Shown: in pieces, positions 48,980 to 57,898 of the stretch
Layout of the letters: the number at the start of each line of letters is the position of its first letter
Position numbering within the stretch: position 1 is the first letter of the stretch
From: an uncultured Gammaproteobacteria bacterium
GTDB taxonomy: Bacteria > Patescibacteriota > Patescibacteriia > CAIXNZ01
Length of the DNA: 64,000 nt
Assembly (NCBI GenBank): GCA_964590345.1
Contig: CAZPVP010000004.1
Span: forward strand, 42 to 64,041
Reading direction: 5' to 3'
Made by a program: the position numbers and the translations under genes
The notes under the pieces: generated by a model
What the model was told of the DNA's origin: nothing
Seen by the model: the letters and a program-made list of their open reading frames with translations, nothing else
Database searches by the model: none

Positions 48980-50530
48980 TTAAATATTTTGTTTAATTAA
49001 TTCCAGTGCTTCCTCCTTGCTTTTAATCTGACCGGTTAATTGAGCTTCTCTGACAATGTTTAGTAGTGAACCGATTTGTTTACCGGGCTTTAAATTGAAT
49101 TTTTTCATAATTTCATGGCCATCAAGTAAAGGTTTAATAATTTCTTTTTTATCTTGATTAAGTTTTTTTATTTCAGCTAAACGTGATTTTAAGATATTAT
49201 AACCTTCAATATTTGGTCCTTGAGGGGTTAGACATGATATGTCATCGGCAAAGCAAACCATTAATAGTTTTTCTCCCAATTTAGGATCTTTGAAAAATAG
49301 CTTTTCCAGTTTTGTCGCTTTCATTGAAGCGGGTTTATCTGCTTTACTGACCATATGATTCTTGATCAGCCAGACAAGCTTTTCTGTATTAATTATTCCG
49401 TTATAGCTTGGCAAGTTTAATCTTTTTGAAATATCTTTAGCAATCTCTGCACCTTCTTTTTCATGCCCAATGTTTTGAATCTGCCCGGTTTTTTGATTAA
49501 TAGATTTTGTCTGAGGCTTGGCAATGTCGTGTAAAAGTAATGCTATAATTACCTCTGGCGGGGCAGGTTTTTTAAATTCTGTTTTAAATTCTGCTGAGTT
49601 TAGATTTTTTAAGCAAAGCATGGTATGCTCCCAAGTATCTCCTTCGCTATGGTGATTTTTTGACTGTTCACAGCCTTTTAATTCAAGAAGTTCGGGTATT
49701 AATTCTTTTAAAAAGCCGGCTTTATCATATAATTCCAAGGTTTTTTCGGGATTAGCTGATAATGATTTAATAAATTCTTTGGCAATTGTTTCAGTTGGCA
49801 CGACTCGTTCGGTTTTGCCATTAATTTTTCTGGTTTTATTTATATTAGGAGCTAAATTTTTAATAGCCTGCCAAGTGTTTTTTTCTATTTTAAAATCAAA
49901 ACGGGTGGCAAATCTGATAGCCCTAAGCATTCTGGAATAATCTTCCTTAAAGCGGTCTTCCGGCTTTAAAACGGCTTTAATTTCTTTATTGGCCAAGTCG
50001 TTGAGTCCGTCAAAAGGATCATTGCTTTTTTTATTTTTAAGATCAAGAGCCATGGCATTTATTGTTAAATCTCTGCGTGATAAATCTTTTTCAATGTTTA
50101 AATTTGGATCCGCCTGGACTTCAAAATCTTTATAACCTCCGCCTTGGCCGACTGAAAATTCAGTCCGTGGCAGAGCAATATCAATTGCTTCATCCAATTC
50201 AGAATCTTTTGGTGCAAATTTTAAAACTCCAAAATTGCGGCCAACTAGATCAACTGTACCTTTTGATTGTAAAAAATTAATTAAATCATCAAGCTCAATT
50301 CTATTTACCACAAAGTCAAAATCTTTAGCCATTTTTTTTACACCCATAGCTGCATCGCGAACCATGCCGCCGACCAGATAAATATTTGATTGGGGGAATT
50401 CTTTGTAAAAATCTTTTAAAAATTTTAAATCAGGTTCTTGCTGGATTTTTTCCGCAAAGTTTTTTAAAAGTTTTTCAAAAAGAGGCAGTTTTTCCTCTTC
50501 TTTGACAATTTGTGGTTTTTCATAAGGCAT
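48980..50530 (-). CDS. tRNA nucleotidyltransferase (CCA-adding enzyme family, class II) with HD domain; paralog 1
   Basis: GGMVRD, DFDFVV, RRDLTINAMA head-domain motifs; C-terminal HD. Confidence 0.75.
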   Translation of the reverse strand: MPYEKPQIVKEEEKLPLFEKLLKNFAEKIQQEPDLKFLKDFYKEFPQSNIYLVGGMVRDAAMGVKKMAKDFDFVVNRIELDDLINFLQSKGTVDLVGRNFGVLKFAPKDSELDEAIDIALPRTEFSVGQGGGYKDFEVQADPNLNIEKDLSRRDLTINAMALDLKNKKSNDPFDGLNDLANKEIKAVLKPEDRFKEDYSRMLRAIRFATRFDFKIEKNTWQAIKNLAPNINKTRKINGKTERVVPTETIAKEFIKSLSANPEKTLELYDKAGFLKELIPELLELKGCEQSKNHHSEGDTWEHTMLCLKNLNSAEFKTEFKKPAPPEVIIALLLHDIAKPQTKSINQKTGQIQNIGHEKEGAEIAKDISKRLNLPSYNGIINTEKLVWLIKNHMVSKADKPASMKATKLEKLFFKDPKLGEKLLMVCFADDISCLTPQGPNIEGYNILKSRLAEIKKLNQDKKEIIKPLLDGHEIMKKFNLKPGKQIGSLLNIVREAQLTGQIKSKEEALELIKQNI

Positions 50531-50533
50531 AGT

Positions 50534-52072
50534 TTATTCAACTCCTTTAAATTGTGAAAAAAATTCTCTTTTTCTTTCTTCTTCGTATTTTTCCAAATTA
50601 GGCGCCAGATCTTTTAATTCTTTATCGGATAATTTGTTTAATTCCTTGACCCTTTTTTTAAGATATCTTTTATTATTTAATTTTGGATTTTCCAAGACTT
50701 CGGCTAAAAGCGCATTCAAAAGCAAGCCAATTTTTGGTCCTGGCTCAATTTTTAATAAATCCATTACTTCATCGCCATTTGTTTTTAACATTTTAACTGA
50801 AATTGGATCCATTTGCGCTTCTTGCAGGCGTTTTTCCAATTCAATTAGTTTATAAGGTTTGGCTTTTGGCCGCCCCATGCCTAGACGATCACAGATTCTT
50901 AGCTGAATTGCTTCATTAATATTTTCTTTGCCCAAACGGGCTAAAAGCCGGCGGATGCCAGCATCAGAAACATCGCCTTGTGAATAAAAAAACATGTGAT
51001 GACGGACTAAATGCGAAACTTTATCAATTATTTCATTGGGATACTTTAATCTTTTTAAAATTTTCCGGGTTATCTTTGCACCAACAATATCATGATTGTA
51101 AAAAGTAGAATCATAACCTTCACCTTCTTTTACCATTGGCTTGGCAATGTCATGGAATAAAGCTGCTAAGCGAACAGTTAAACTATAATTTCTTTTAGCA
51201 GCAAAGCCTATAGCTTTGACAGCATGAGTAAAAACAGTATAAAGATGGGAACGGTTTTGAGTGACGCCAACCCCTTCCACTAATTCTGGAATAATAAATT
51301 TTAGCAAATTTGATTTATATAAAAGCTGCATGCCAAATTCAGCATTATCAGACATAATTATTTTATTTAATTCTTCGGTGATTCTTTCAGCTGGGATTGT
51401 CTTTATTTGCGGCGTCAAATTTTGAATCGTTTTATAAGTGTTTGGCTCAATTTTAAAATAAAGTTGAACTGAAAGACGAATAGCGCGCAGCATTCTGGTG
51501 TAATCTTCTTTGAATCGATCTTTTGGTTTGCCAACAGTTTTGATAAGTTTGTTTTTTAAGTCATTTTGGCCGTTAAAATGGTCAATAAGTTCGCCATTAA
51601 TTAAATTTATGGCCATGGCATTAATAGTAAAGTCGCGTCTTTCAAGGTCTTTTTCTATCGGTAATTCTGGGTCTGATTGAATGTCAAAATCGCGATAGCC
51701 CCCGGTATTAAAGGCGTGTTCAGTACGAGGCAGGGCAATATCAATCGGTTCCTCCAGAGAATATTTTTTTGGCACAAATTTAAAAACGCCAAAAGATTTG
51801 CCGACTAAATCAATTGAACCTAATTTGCTTAGAAATTTTTCTAAATCCTTGGGATTAACATTGCGTACCACAAAATCATAATCATAAGATTCTCTTTGTA
51901 ATAAAATATCACGCACTTTGCCGCCGACTAAATAAATTTCAGCTTGTTTTTTGCCTTTGGCGAAAAATTTTTTCTGCAATTTTTGTATAAAATTAAAATT
52001 AGGATCGTTAGAAAACGTCCCTAGAAATGACTCGATTAGTTTTTTATGGTTAGGTTTTGGCATCAATAACAT
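50534..52072 (-). CDS. tRNA nucleotidyltransferase (CCA-adding enzyme family, class II) with HD domain; paralog 2
   Basis: GGKVRD, DYDFVV, RRDFTINAMA motifs; sits in tandem with paralog 1. Confidence 0.75.
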   Translation of the reverse strand: MLLMPKPNHKKLIESFLGTFSNDPNFNFIQKLQKKFFAKGKKQAEIYLVGGKVRDILLQRESYDYDFVVRNVNPKDLEKFLSKLGSIDLVGKSFGVFKFVPKKYSLEEPIDIALPRTEHAFNTGGYRDFDIQSDPELPIEKDLERRDFTINAMAINLINGELIDHFNGQNDLKNKLIKTVGKPKDRFKEDYTRMLRAIRLSVQLYFKIEPNTYKTIQNLTPQIKTIPAERITEELNKIIMSDNAEFGMQLLYKSNLLKFIIPELVEGVGVTQNRSHLYTVFTHAVKAIGFAAKRNYSLTVRLAALFHDIAKPMVKEGEGYDSTFYNHDIVGAKITRKILKRLKYPNEIIDKVSHLVRHHMFFYSQGDVSDAGIRRLLARLGKENINEAIQLRICDRLGMGRPKAKPYKLIELEKRLQEAQMDPISVKMLKTNGDEVMDLLKIEPGPKIGLLLNALLAEVLENPKLNNKRYLKKRVKELNKLSDKELKDLAPNLEKYEEERKREFFSQFKGVE

Positions 52073-52345
52073 TTAATTTTGGAAGGCAAATTTAGGGTAG
52101 TTAGAATAAATTTGGTTGATTAATTGTTCATTTACAAATAAATTATTTTGTCCGGATAGCATTCGTATTATTTGTAATCAATTTGTATCTTCGCTTTTAT
52201 TTTAAGAATACCTTATTTTAATTCTTAAAACAAGCTAAAAATTGACTAAATTTTTTATTTTTGTTAAGTTAATTTTAAATTCAAAGTTCTTTAAATTTTT
52301 TCTGAAAATCCAAGCTGCAATCAGCTTGAAACAAGGAGGGGAAAA

Positions 52346-53299
52346 ATGGGAAAAGGATCAATTCCAGCGCCATTTAAGCGGGAATTCAATCAAGGAAAGC
52401 ATTCAGTTAAAAAAACGCAAAAAAAATTAAGAAAAAAAATTGAACCGGGATTTTATGGATGGAAAACAAAAAAAATCAGGGCTAATCCTGATCAGCCTCG
52501 TAAGTATTTTGATCCCGAAACAATGGCTGGTTTAAGAAAATCCATTTCTTTGGTTGGCATTTTAAACCCGCCCTTTGTCAGCATGCCTGATGAAAATGAT
52601 GTTGTTGATTTGATTGATGGAGAAAGAAGAGTCCGGGCAGCCCTGGAACTTAAAATGGAAGAAATCCCCGTTTTTGTTGGCGAAGCTGATAGCGATGATG
52701 CCTTTATTGTTTCAGTAGCTTCAAATTTTTGCCGGGAAGAAATGAGTGAAATTGAAGAGGCTATGGCAATCGAGAGATTACAAAAAGATTATGGATTATC
52801 AATCGAATACATCGCTGATTTGATGGGCAAATCAACAGCCTGGGTTTATAACAGATTGAAATATTTAAAACTTCATCCTGATTTAGCCATTGAGCTTCAG
52901 CAAGGCGGCCTTTCTCCTAAATCAGCGTTAGCTGTAACCAGTTATCCTCAAGAATCTCAAAAAAAGATTGTTAAGCAATTAAAGAAACAAGAAGAAGACC
53001 AAATATTAACGCCGCAGCAAACAACCAGGCAGGTGGTCAAAATTAGCGAGGAACTGGGAGTTAAGCCAGTCAAAACAAAAAGGGGAAAAGAACCTTTAGA
53101 TTATACCACTAGACTGGTTTTGGATATAACAGCGACAAGTTCTAAGTTATCCAATTTGATTGTTGAATTATTAGCTGAAGTTACAGATAAACAGCTTGAA
53201 AAGGTAAAAGGCGATAAGCTTAGCAATCTTGATTTTGAATTAAAGCAAGTTGCTGAAAAAGTCAAGCAAGCGAAAAATAAAACGGGAAAAGCTTATTAA
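52346..53299 (+). CDS. parB: ParB/Spo0J-family protein (ParB N-terminal nuclease-like domain plus HTH)
   Basis: ParB box IDGERRVRAA; HTH (STAWVYNRLKYL); RBS AAGGAGGGG. Confidence 0.7.
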   Translation: MGKGSIPAPFKREFNQGKHSVKKTQKKLRKKIEPGFYGWKTKKIRANPDQPRKYFDPETMAGLRKSISLVGILNPPFVSMPDENDVVDLIDGERRVRAALELKMEEIPVFVGEADSDDAFIVSVASNFCREEMSEIEEAMAIERLQKDYGLSIEYIADLMGKSTAWVYNRLKYLKLHPDLAIELQQGGLSPKSALAVTSYPQESQKKIVKQLKKQEEDQILTPQQTTRQVVKISEELGVKPVKTKRGKEPLDYTTRLVLDITATSSKLSNLIVELLAEVTDKQLEKVKGDKLSNLDFELKQVAEKVKQAKNKTGKAY

Positions 53300-53337
53300 A
53301 AAATTGCAAAACAAGACGGATTAATTTCCGTCTTTTT

Positions 53338-54407
53338 TTATTTGATTAACATGACATCGCCAAATGAGTAGAAATAATTTTTTTTCTTGATAGCATGTTG
53401 ATAAGCTTTTTTTATAAATTGAGTGCCAGCAAAAGCGCTGACTAAGAGGATTAAACTTGATTTAGGCAGATGGAAGTTGGTAATCATTGCATCAATGAAT
53501 TTGAATTTGTAACTTGGGTAAATGTAGATTTTTGTAAAACCTTTTTTAGATCTGAGAGCTGAGATTTGAGAGCTGAAATGCTTGCAGGTTTCGAGGACTC
53601 TTACAGTTGTTGTGCCGACGGCGATAATGCGACGGTTTTGTTTTTTTGCCTGGTTTAAGTGCTGGGCCGTTTGTTTGTCCAATTCAAAATATTCTTCATG
53701 CATTTTGTGCTTAGTAATATCTTGATCTTTGATTGGTGCAAAAGTGCCCAAGCCAACGTGCAGAGTGATAAATTCAATTTGCACGCCTTTATTTTTTAAT
53801 TTTTTAAACATTCGCTTTGTAAAATGCAGGCCGGCTGTCGGAGCAGCTACTGACCCCATTTTTTTTTCATTGGCAAAAAAATTTTGGTATTCATTTTCTT
53901 TGGCAATTCGTTTGATATAAGGCGGGGTTGGCATTTGGCCGAGTTCAAAAATTTGATTCATTAATTTTTGGCCGGATAAATTGAATTTAATTTGGGCAGT
54001 CTCTTTGACTCTTGAAATTATTGTGCCCGCAAAGGCATGAAAGCCTTTGTTACCCGTAGGAGTAAAAAAAATTTGTGCCCCGAATTGTTTTTTTATTGGT
54101 AAGTTGCCGACTAAACAGTCCCATATATTTGGTTTGATTTGGCGCAGAAGCAAAATTTCAACTTTGCCGCCGGTTTGTTTCTTACCGATTAAACGAGCCG
54201 GAATAACTTTGGAATTATTAAAGACAAGCACATCATCTTTTTGCAGATAATTTGTTAAATTTAAAAAGTTATCATCAATGATTTCTTGTTCTTTTTTGTC
54301 TAAAATCAAAAGCCGGCAAGTATCAGGTGGTTGGGCAGGCTTTTGCGCTATTAATTGTTTTGGTAAATTAAAATTATAAGTTTTAAGATTATTTTGTTTT
54401 TTCATGT
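53338..54407 (-). CDS. queA: S-adenosylmethionine:tRNA ribosyltransferase-isomerase QueA; start set at MKKQNN
   Basis: LVFNNSKVIPARL, IAVGTTTVRVLE, ITNFHLPKSSLILLVSAFAG motifs. Confidence 0.85.
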
Positions 54408-54481
54408 ATTTAATAATAGCAAGTTTATTTTTAAAATAAAAATCCCAAAACTTTTTTGCTTTGGGATTTAAGTATAAGGGA

Positions 54482-55287
54482 TTATTCGTTATTTTCTTGA
54501 TTATAAACTGCACGGAAACGTTTTTTCCAGTCATCAACATTACGGGCTGATTTTATCTGCAGTTTTTCCAGATGAGCGATGATTTCATCAGCCTGCTTGG
54601 GGCTGATATCGGCATCTTCCACTTTTTGCAGAAGTTTGCGCAATGTGGCCGCGTTTTGCTGACTGATTGAGCGGAAACGCTGGGTCAATTCTTTTTTTAA
54701 ATTACTAACACCGTCTTCTTTGCCTTTTTTCTTACGTCGACCTGACAGAGCTTCTTTGAGCTTATCAAGCGGTACATTGTATTTATCAGTAGCTTGTTTG
54801 GCAGTTAGTCCGCCTTCGCTAATGGCATCCAAAGCAGCCATCATTTTTTGGCGATTGAGTTTTGATTTTACGTTATCTATCCATTTACGTCCCAAGCTGG
54901 TCGGGACGTTCAGCATTTTTTTGATTTTTTTCTCACCGACACCCTGTTCAAGCATTAAGCGGATCGTATGCTCGGTGTCTTCTTTGGTCGGGGGTAGTGC
55001 CCCTCCGGTATTGGCGTTGTAAGCCATGGCAATAAGGCTGACTTTATCCTTGTCATCAATAATTTTTGCTTTGATTTCGGTTCGGCCTATCATGTCGTGA
55101 GCCACAATACGATGTCGCCCATCAATTACCTGATAATCAGGAGTAATCAGAATCGGGGGTAATTCAACTCCGTCTTCCAGTAAACAGCCCAGCATAATAG
55201 CATGGTTTTCATTTAATAGTTGACGGACATAAAAGTCTTCTTTTAATTCAGCCAAGGGAACAACGATTGTTTTTTTTCTCGCCATTG
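54482..55287 (-). CDS. ParB/sulfiredoxin-fold protein with a DG(R)HR motif plus C-terminal HTH; start at MARKK after the RBS AAAGGAGG
   Basis: YQVIDGRHRIVAHDM resembles the DGQHR / ParB-like nuclease domain; C-terminal LTAKQATDKYNV HTH; GC about 43% against a background of 32%. Confidence 0.5.
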
Positions 55288-55311
55288 CGACCTCCTTTAT
55301 CCTGTTATTTT

Positions 55312-56046
55312 TTATTCTGGCAAACATTTCTTTTTTAGTTTCTGTAATTCATCAGTCAGTTCAGACAGTATTTTGATGTCATGATTTGATAAAAGAGCAA
55401 AAAGCTCTTGATCGGTCAGATTTTGGAAACTGGGCAGCCTGATAAATTTTAACAAATTTGACATGGCGTCAAAATTAGCCCGGCACAAAGCAGCTTTTTC
55501 TGCAGAATCAATCTCTGGTATTGCGGTTTCTTCTTCAGGATTAAGTACTTTAAAAATAGATTCAGGCAATGAGGCATAGGCTGTTTGTTTGGCTTGTTGC
55601 AGCTCTTCTTTTTGAGCAGTCCAAGTATCCCAAATTTTTAGTTTTTTTTCAGGAGCAGGTCGGTGCTCATACATTATTCTGATTAATGAACTTGGTTTAG
55701 TGTAACCGATAAACTTGGTTGCTTCTGAAATAGTCATGAGTTTAAAAGCGACTATTTCGGTTAAACCACGCAAACTTTCCGACATATTCTCCAGCTCAAT
55801 AACTCTATAGCCGATTAAATCAAGAAAACACATTAGTTTGATTCTTGTTTCAGAAATAGGTAAACTTCCCATATTGTGTAGCCAGTGCCTGACAGTATCA
55901 ATATTTACTTCACAAAAATTTGCCATGCAATTTAATAAAATTTGTTTTGTTGAAGCATGAGCTTTGGAATTAAATTTATAGTTTAAATTAGCCAGGCATT
56001 CATCAAGATGACCGCGTATTATTTCCTGTGAATAATCTTTTCGCAT
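55312..56046 (-). CDS. Hypothetical protein (244 aa), operon partner immediately upstream of the DGRHR ParB-like gene
   Basis: No motif I can recognise; 24-nt gap to the downstream gene; GC-shifted like its partner. Confidence 0.4.
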   Translation of the reverse strand: MRKDYSQEIIRGHLDECLANLNYKFNSKAHASTKQILLNCMANFCEVNIDTVRHWLHNMGSLPISETRIKLMCFLDLIGYRVIELENMSESLRGLTEIVAFKLMTISEATKFIGYTKPSSLIRIMYEHRPAPEKKLKIWDTWTAQKEELQQAKQTAYASLPESIFKVLNPEEETAIPEIDSAEKAALCRANFDAMSNLLKFIRLPSFQNLTDQELFALLSNHDIKILSELTDELQKLKKKCLPE

Positions 56047-56186
56047 TTATATCACCTCCTTGTTGTCAAATAACGATTTTTCTGAAATTATCAGAATATC
56101 AAAACTTAACATTTATTAAGAATTTTGTCAATAATAATGCAATTTATGTTATAATAAAAACAATAATAAAAATTAAATTTAAAACT

Positions 56187-56456
56187 ATGCCTTTAACAAA
56201 AATTCGCAAAGAAATTGATAAATTAGATCAGGAATTACTTAAACTTTTGAAAAAACGTTCCAAATTAGTTGAGCGAGTCGGTTTAATTAAGAAAAAGCAC
56301 AAAATGCCGATTCTTAATAAAGTTAGAGAATTGGAGATTGATAAAAAAATGGATAAGTTTGCTAAAAAGCATGGCTTGCGTAAAACTTTTTTACAAAAGA
56401 TTTGGAAGAATTTAATTGATGAAGCTAAGGTAATTGAGAAAAAGATTAAGAAATAG
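56187..56456 (+). CDS. Chorismate mutase (AroQ class); start at MPLTKIRKEID
   Basis: IRKEIDKLDQELLKLLKKRSKLVERVGLIK matches the AroQ helix-1 pattern. Confidence 0.6.
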   Translation: MPLTKIRKEIDKLDQELLKLLKKRSKLVERVGLIKKKHKMPILNKVRELEIDKKMDKFAKKHGLRKTFLQKIWKNLIDEAKVIEKKIKK

Positions 56457-56504
56457 TATTGTATAAAAATTTTATATTTTTATGTCGGGAACGGTTACAC
56501 AATG

Positions 56505-56735
56505 CTATTTTTTTTGGTATAAAAGTTTAACCGGTAATCTGCATCGAGTATAACGTGAACCTTTACCAGCATTATGACGTTTAAGCCTATTACCAATATT
56601 ATTAGTAATGCCGGTGTAATAAGAACCGTCAGAACATTCTATAATATAAACATAATAAGGTGTTGAGGTCATAAAATTATAAGTCATTTCCTCACTACGT
56701 TCGTCAATGACTTCGGTGAAAGATGTCAAAGACAC
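56505..56735 (-). CDS. GIY-YIG nuclease superfamily protein (UPF0213/YhbQ-like)
   Basis: [33 protein letters not shown] contains the GIY-YIG core. Confidence 0.65.
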   Translation of the reverse strand: MSLTSFTEVIDERSEEMTYNFMTSTPYYVYIIECSDGSYYTGITNNIGNRLKRHNAGKGSRYTRCRLPVKLLYQKK

Positions 56736-56767
56736 ACTGAGGGCTTAACGAAGTTAAGACCGAAGTG

Positions 56768-56841
56768 TGGGCGACAGTGGATTCGAACCACTGACCTCAT
56801 CGACGTCAACGATGCGCTCTAACCAACTGAGCTAGTCGCCC
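56768..56841 (-). tRNA. tRNA-Val (anticodon GAC)
   Basis: Minus-strand cloverleaf: acceptor GGGCGAC/GTCGCCC, D GCTC...GAGC, anticodon stem CATCG/CGATG with loop TTGACGT, T-arm AGTGG-TTCGAAT-CCACT. Confidence 0.8.
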
Positions 56842-56946
56842 TTTAGTCCGCCTGGGTGGAATCCTCGCTTTCGCTAAAGCTTCAGCGGGGCAGGCGAACC
56901 CTCGAACCCTACCTTACTTGCCCCGCCGAACAAAGCCATTTTAAGG

Positions 56947-57018
56947 TGCGCGTGGATGGAATCGAACCATCGACATCCACCTTATAAGGGTGGCGCTCTA
57001 ACCGCTGAGCTACACGCG
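56947..57018 (-). tRNA. tRNA-Ile (anticodon UAU)
   Basis: Minus-strand cloverleaf: acceptor GCGCGTG/CACGCGC, D GCTC-AGCGGTT-AGAGC, anticodon stem CCACC/GGTGG with loop CTTATAA (U33, UAU, A37), T-arm GATGG-TTCGATT-CCATC. Confidence 0.7.
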
Positions 57019-57051
57019 CATAAAAATATTATACTTTTAAAATGTTCGGCT

Positions 57052-57095
57052 TTGGTGGGCGGGGTAAGGGTAGCACTCTAACCGCTGAGCTACAG
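57052..57095 (-). other. tRNA-derived fragment in the leader of the tRNA operon (copy of the 5' half of the tRNA-Ile: acceptor 5' strand, D-arm and anticodon 5' side)
   Basis: CTCTAACCGCTGAGCTACA is identical to the tRNA-Ile D-arm region; no T-arm present. Confidence 0.45.
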
Positions 57096-57250
57096 GCGGA
57101 AATAGGTAGTAAATTATAATCAATAATCAAATATTAGCATAAATTTTAAAAATTTTCAAGATATAAGTATGTTGGCCTTTTTTTAAAAATGTATAATATA
57201 ATAAATTATATAAGTTAAGTAATAATTTTAAATTAACCAAAATATATTAT

Positions 57251-57895
57251 ATGGCTGTTGAAGCAAAAAAATTTAAAAGAGCAGAGGAAGAAGCAAAAAA
57301 GCCAGCAGAAAAGTCAGAGGTAATTGAATTAAAAACATGGAGAGAAGAACAAGAAGAAAGATTAGACAAAGTGGGTGAACTTTGGCAGTCTTTTATTGAG
57401 AGAGAAGAAGCAAAATTAATGCCAAAAAAGACAGAGAAAAAAGAAGGTATTGAATTAGAACCATTAACAGGTACCAAAAAAGTGCCTTTGGCTACTTATG
57501 AAGAGCAATTAGAAGAGATAAAAGAAACAAAAAAAGGTGCTGAAGAAGTGCCAAAAAAATCATCAGTTTTGTCCGAATCATTTGAAGCATTAGTTCCAGA
57601 AAAAGATGAAATAAAAAAAACATTAGAAGAAGAAAAAGCTTTGGGTAAAGAATTGTTGTATAAACAAAGAGAAAGAGATTTGGCTGAAAGAGCTGAAAAA
57701 CAATATAAAGGTTTGTTTAGAGCAAGAAAACATTTTGCTGATTTAGATATAAAAAAACCAAAAACAAAATTGGAAAAAGAATTAAAACCTGGGGCTCGTG
57801 TGATTTCCTATGTTTTCCCATTTGAAGGTTGGGATTATCAAATTAAAGATAAACCAACAGAGGATCATAAAACTATTTATTTATATCAACGGTAA
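57251..57895 (+). CDS. Hypothetical K/E-rich protein
   Basis: ORF with RBS-like upstream region; low-complexity charged N-terminus, conserved-looking C-terminal FPFEGWDY. Confidence 0.4.
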   Translation: MAVEAKKFKRAEEEAKKPAEKSEVIELKTWREEQEERLDKVGELWQSFIEREEAKLMPKKTEKKEGIELEPLTGTKKVPLATYEEQLEEIKETKKGAEEVPKKSSVLSESFEALVPEKDEIKKTLEEEKALGKELLYKQRERDLAERAEKQYKGLFRARKHFADLDIKKPKTKLEKELKPGARVISYVFPFEGWDYQIKDKPTEDHKTIYLYQR

Positions 57896-57898
57896 TTT

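Noticed and set aside
56842-56944. Possible third tRNA or tmRNA fragment between tRNA-Val and tRNA-Ile
   Set aside because: It contains a TTCGAG-like string and an 8-bp stem, but it cannot be folded into a full cloverleaf (no D-arm or anticodon arm) and is too short for tmRNA. It is treated as a structured spacer.
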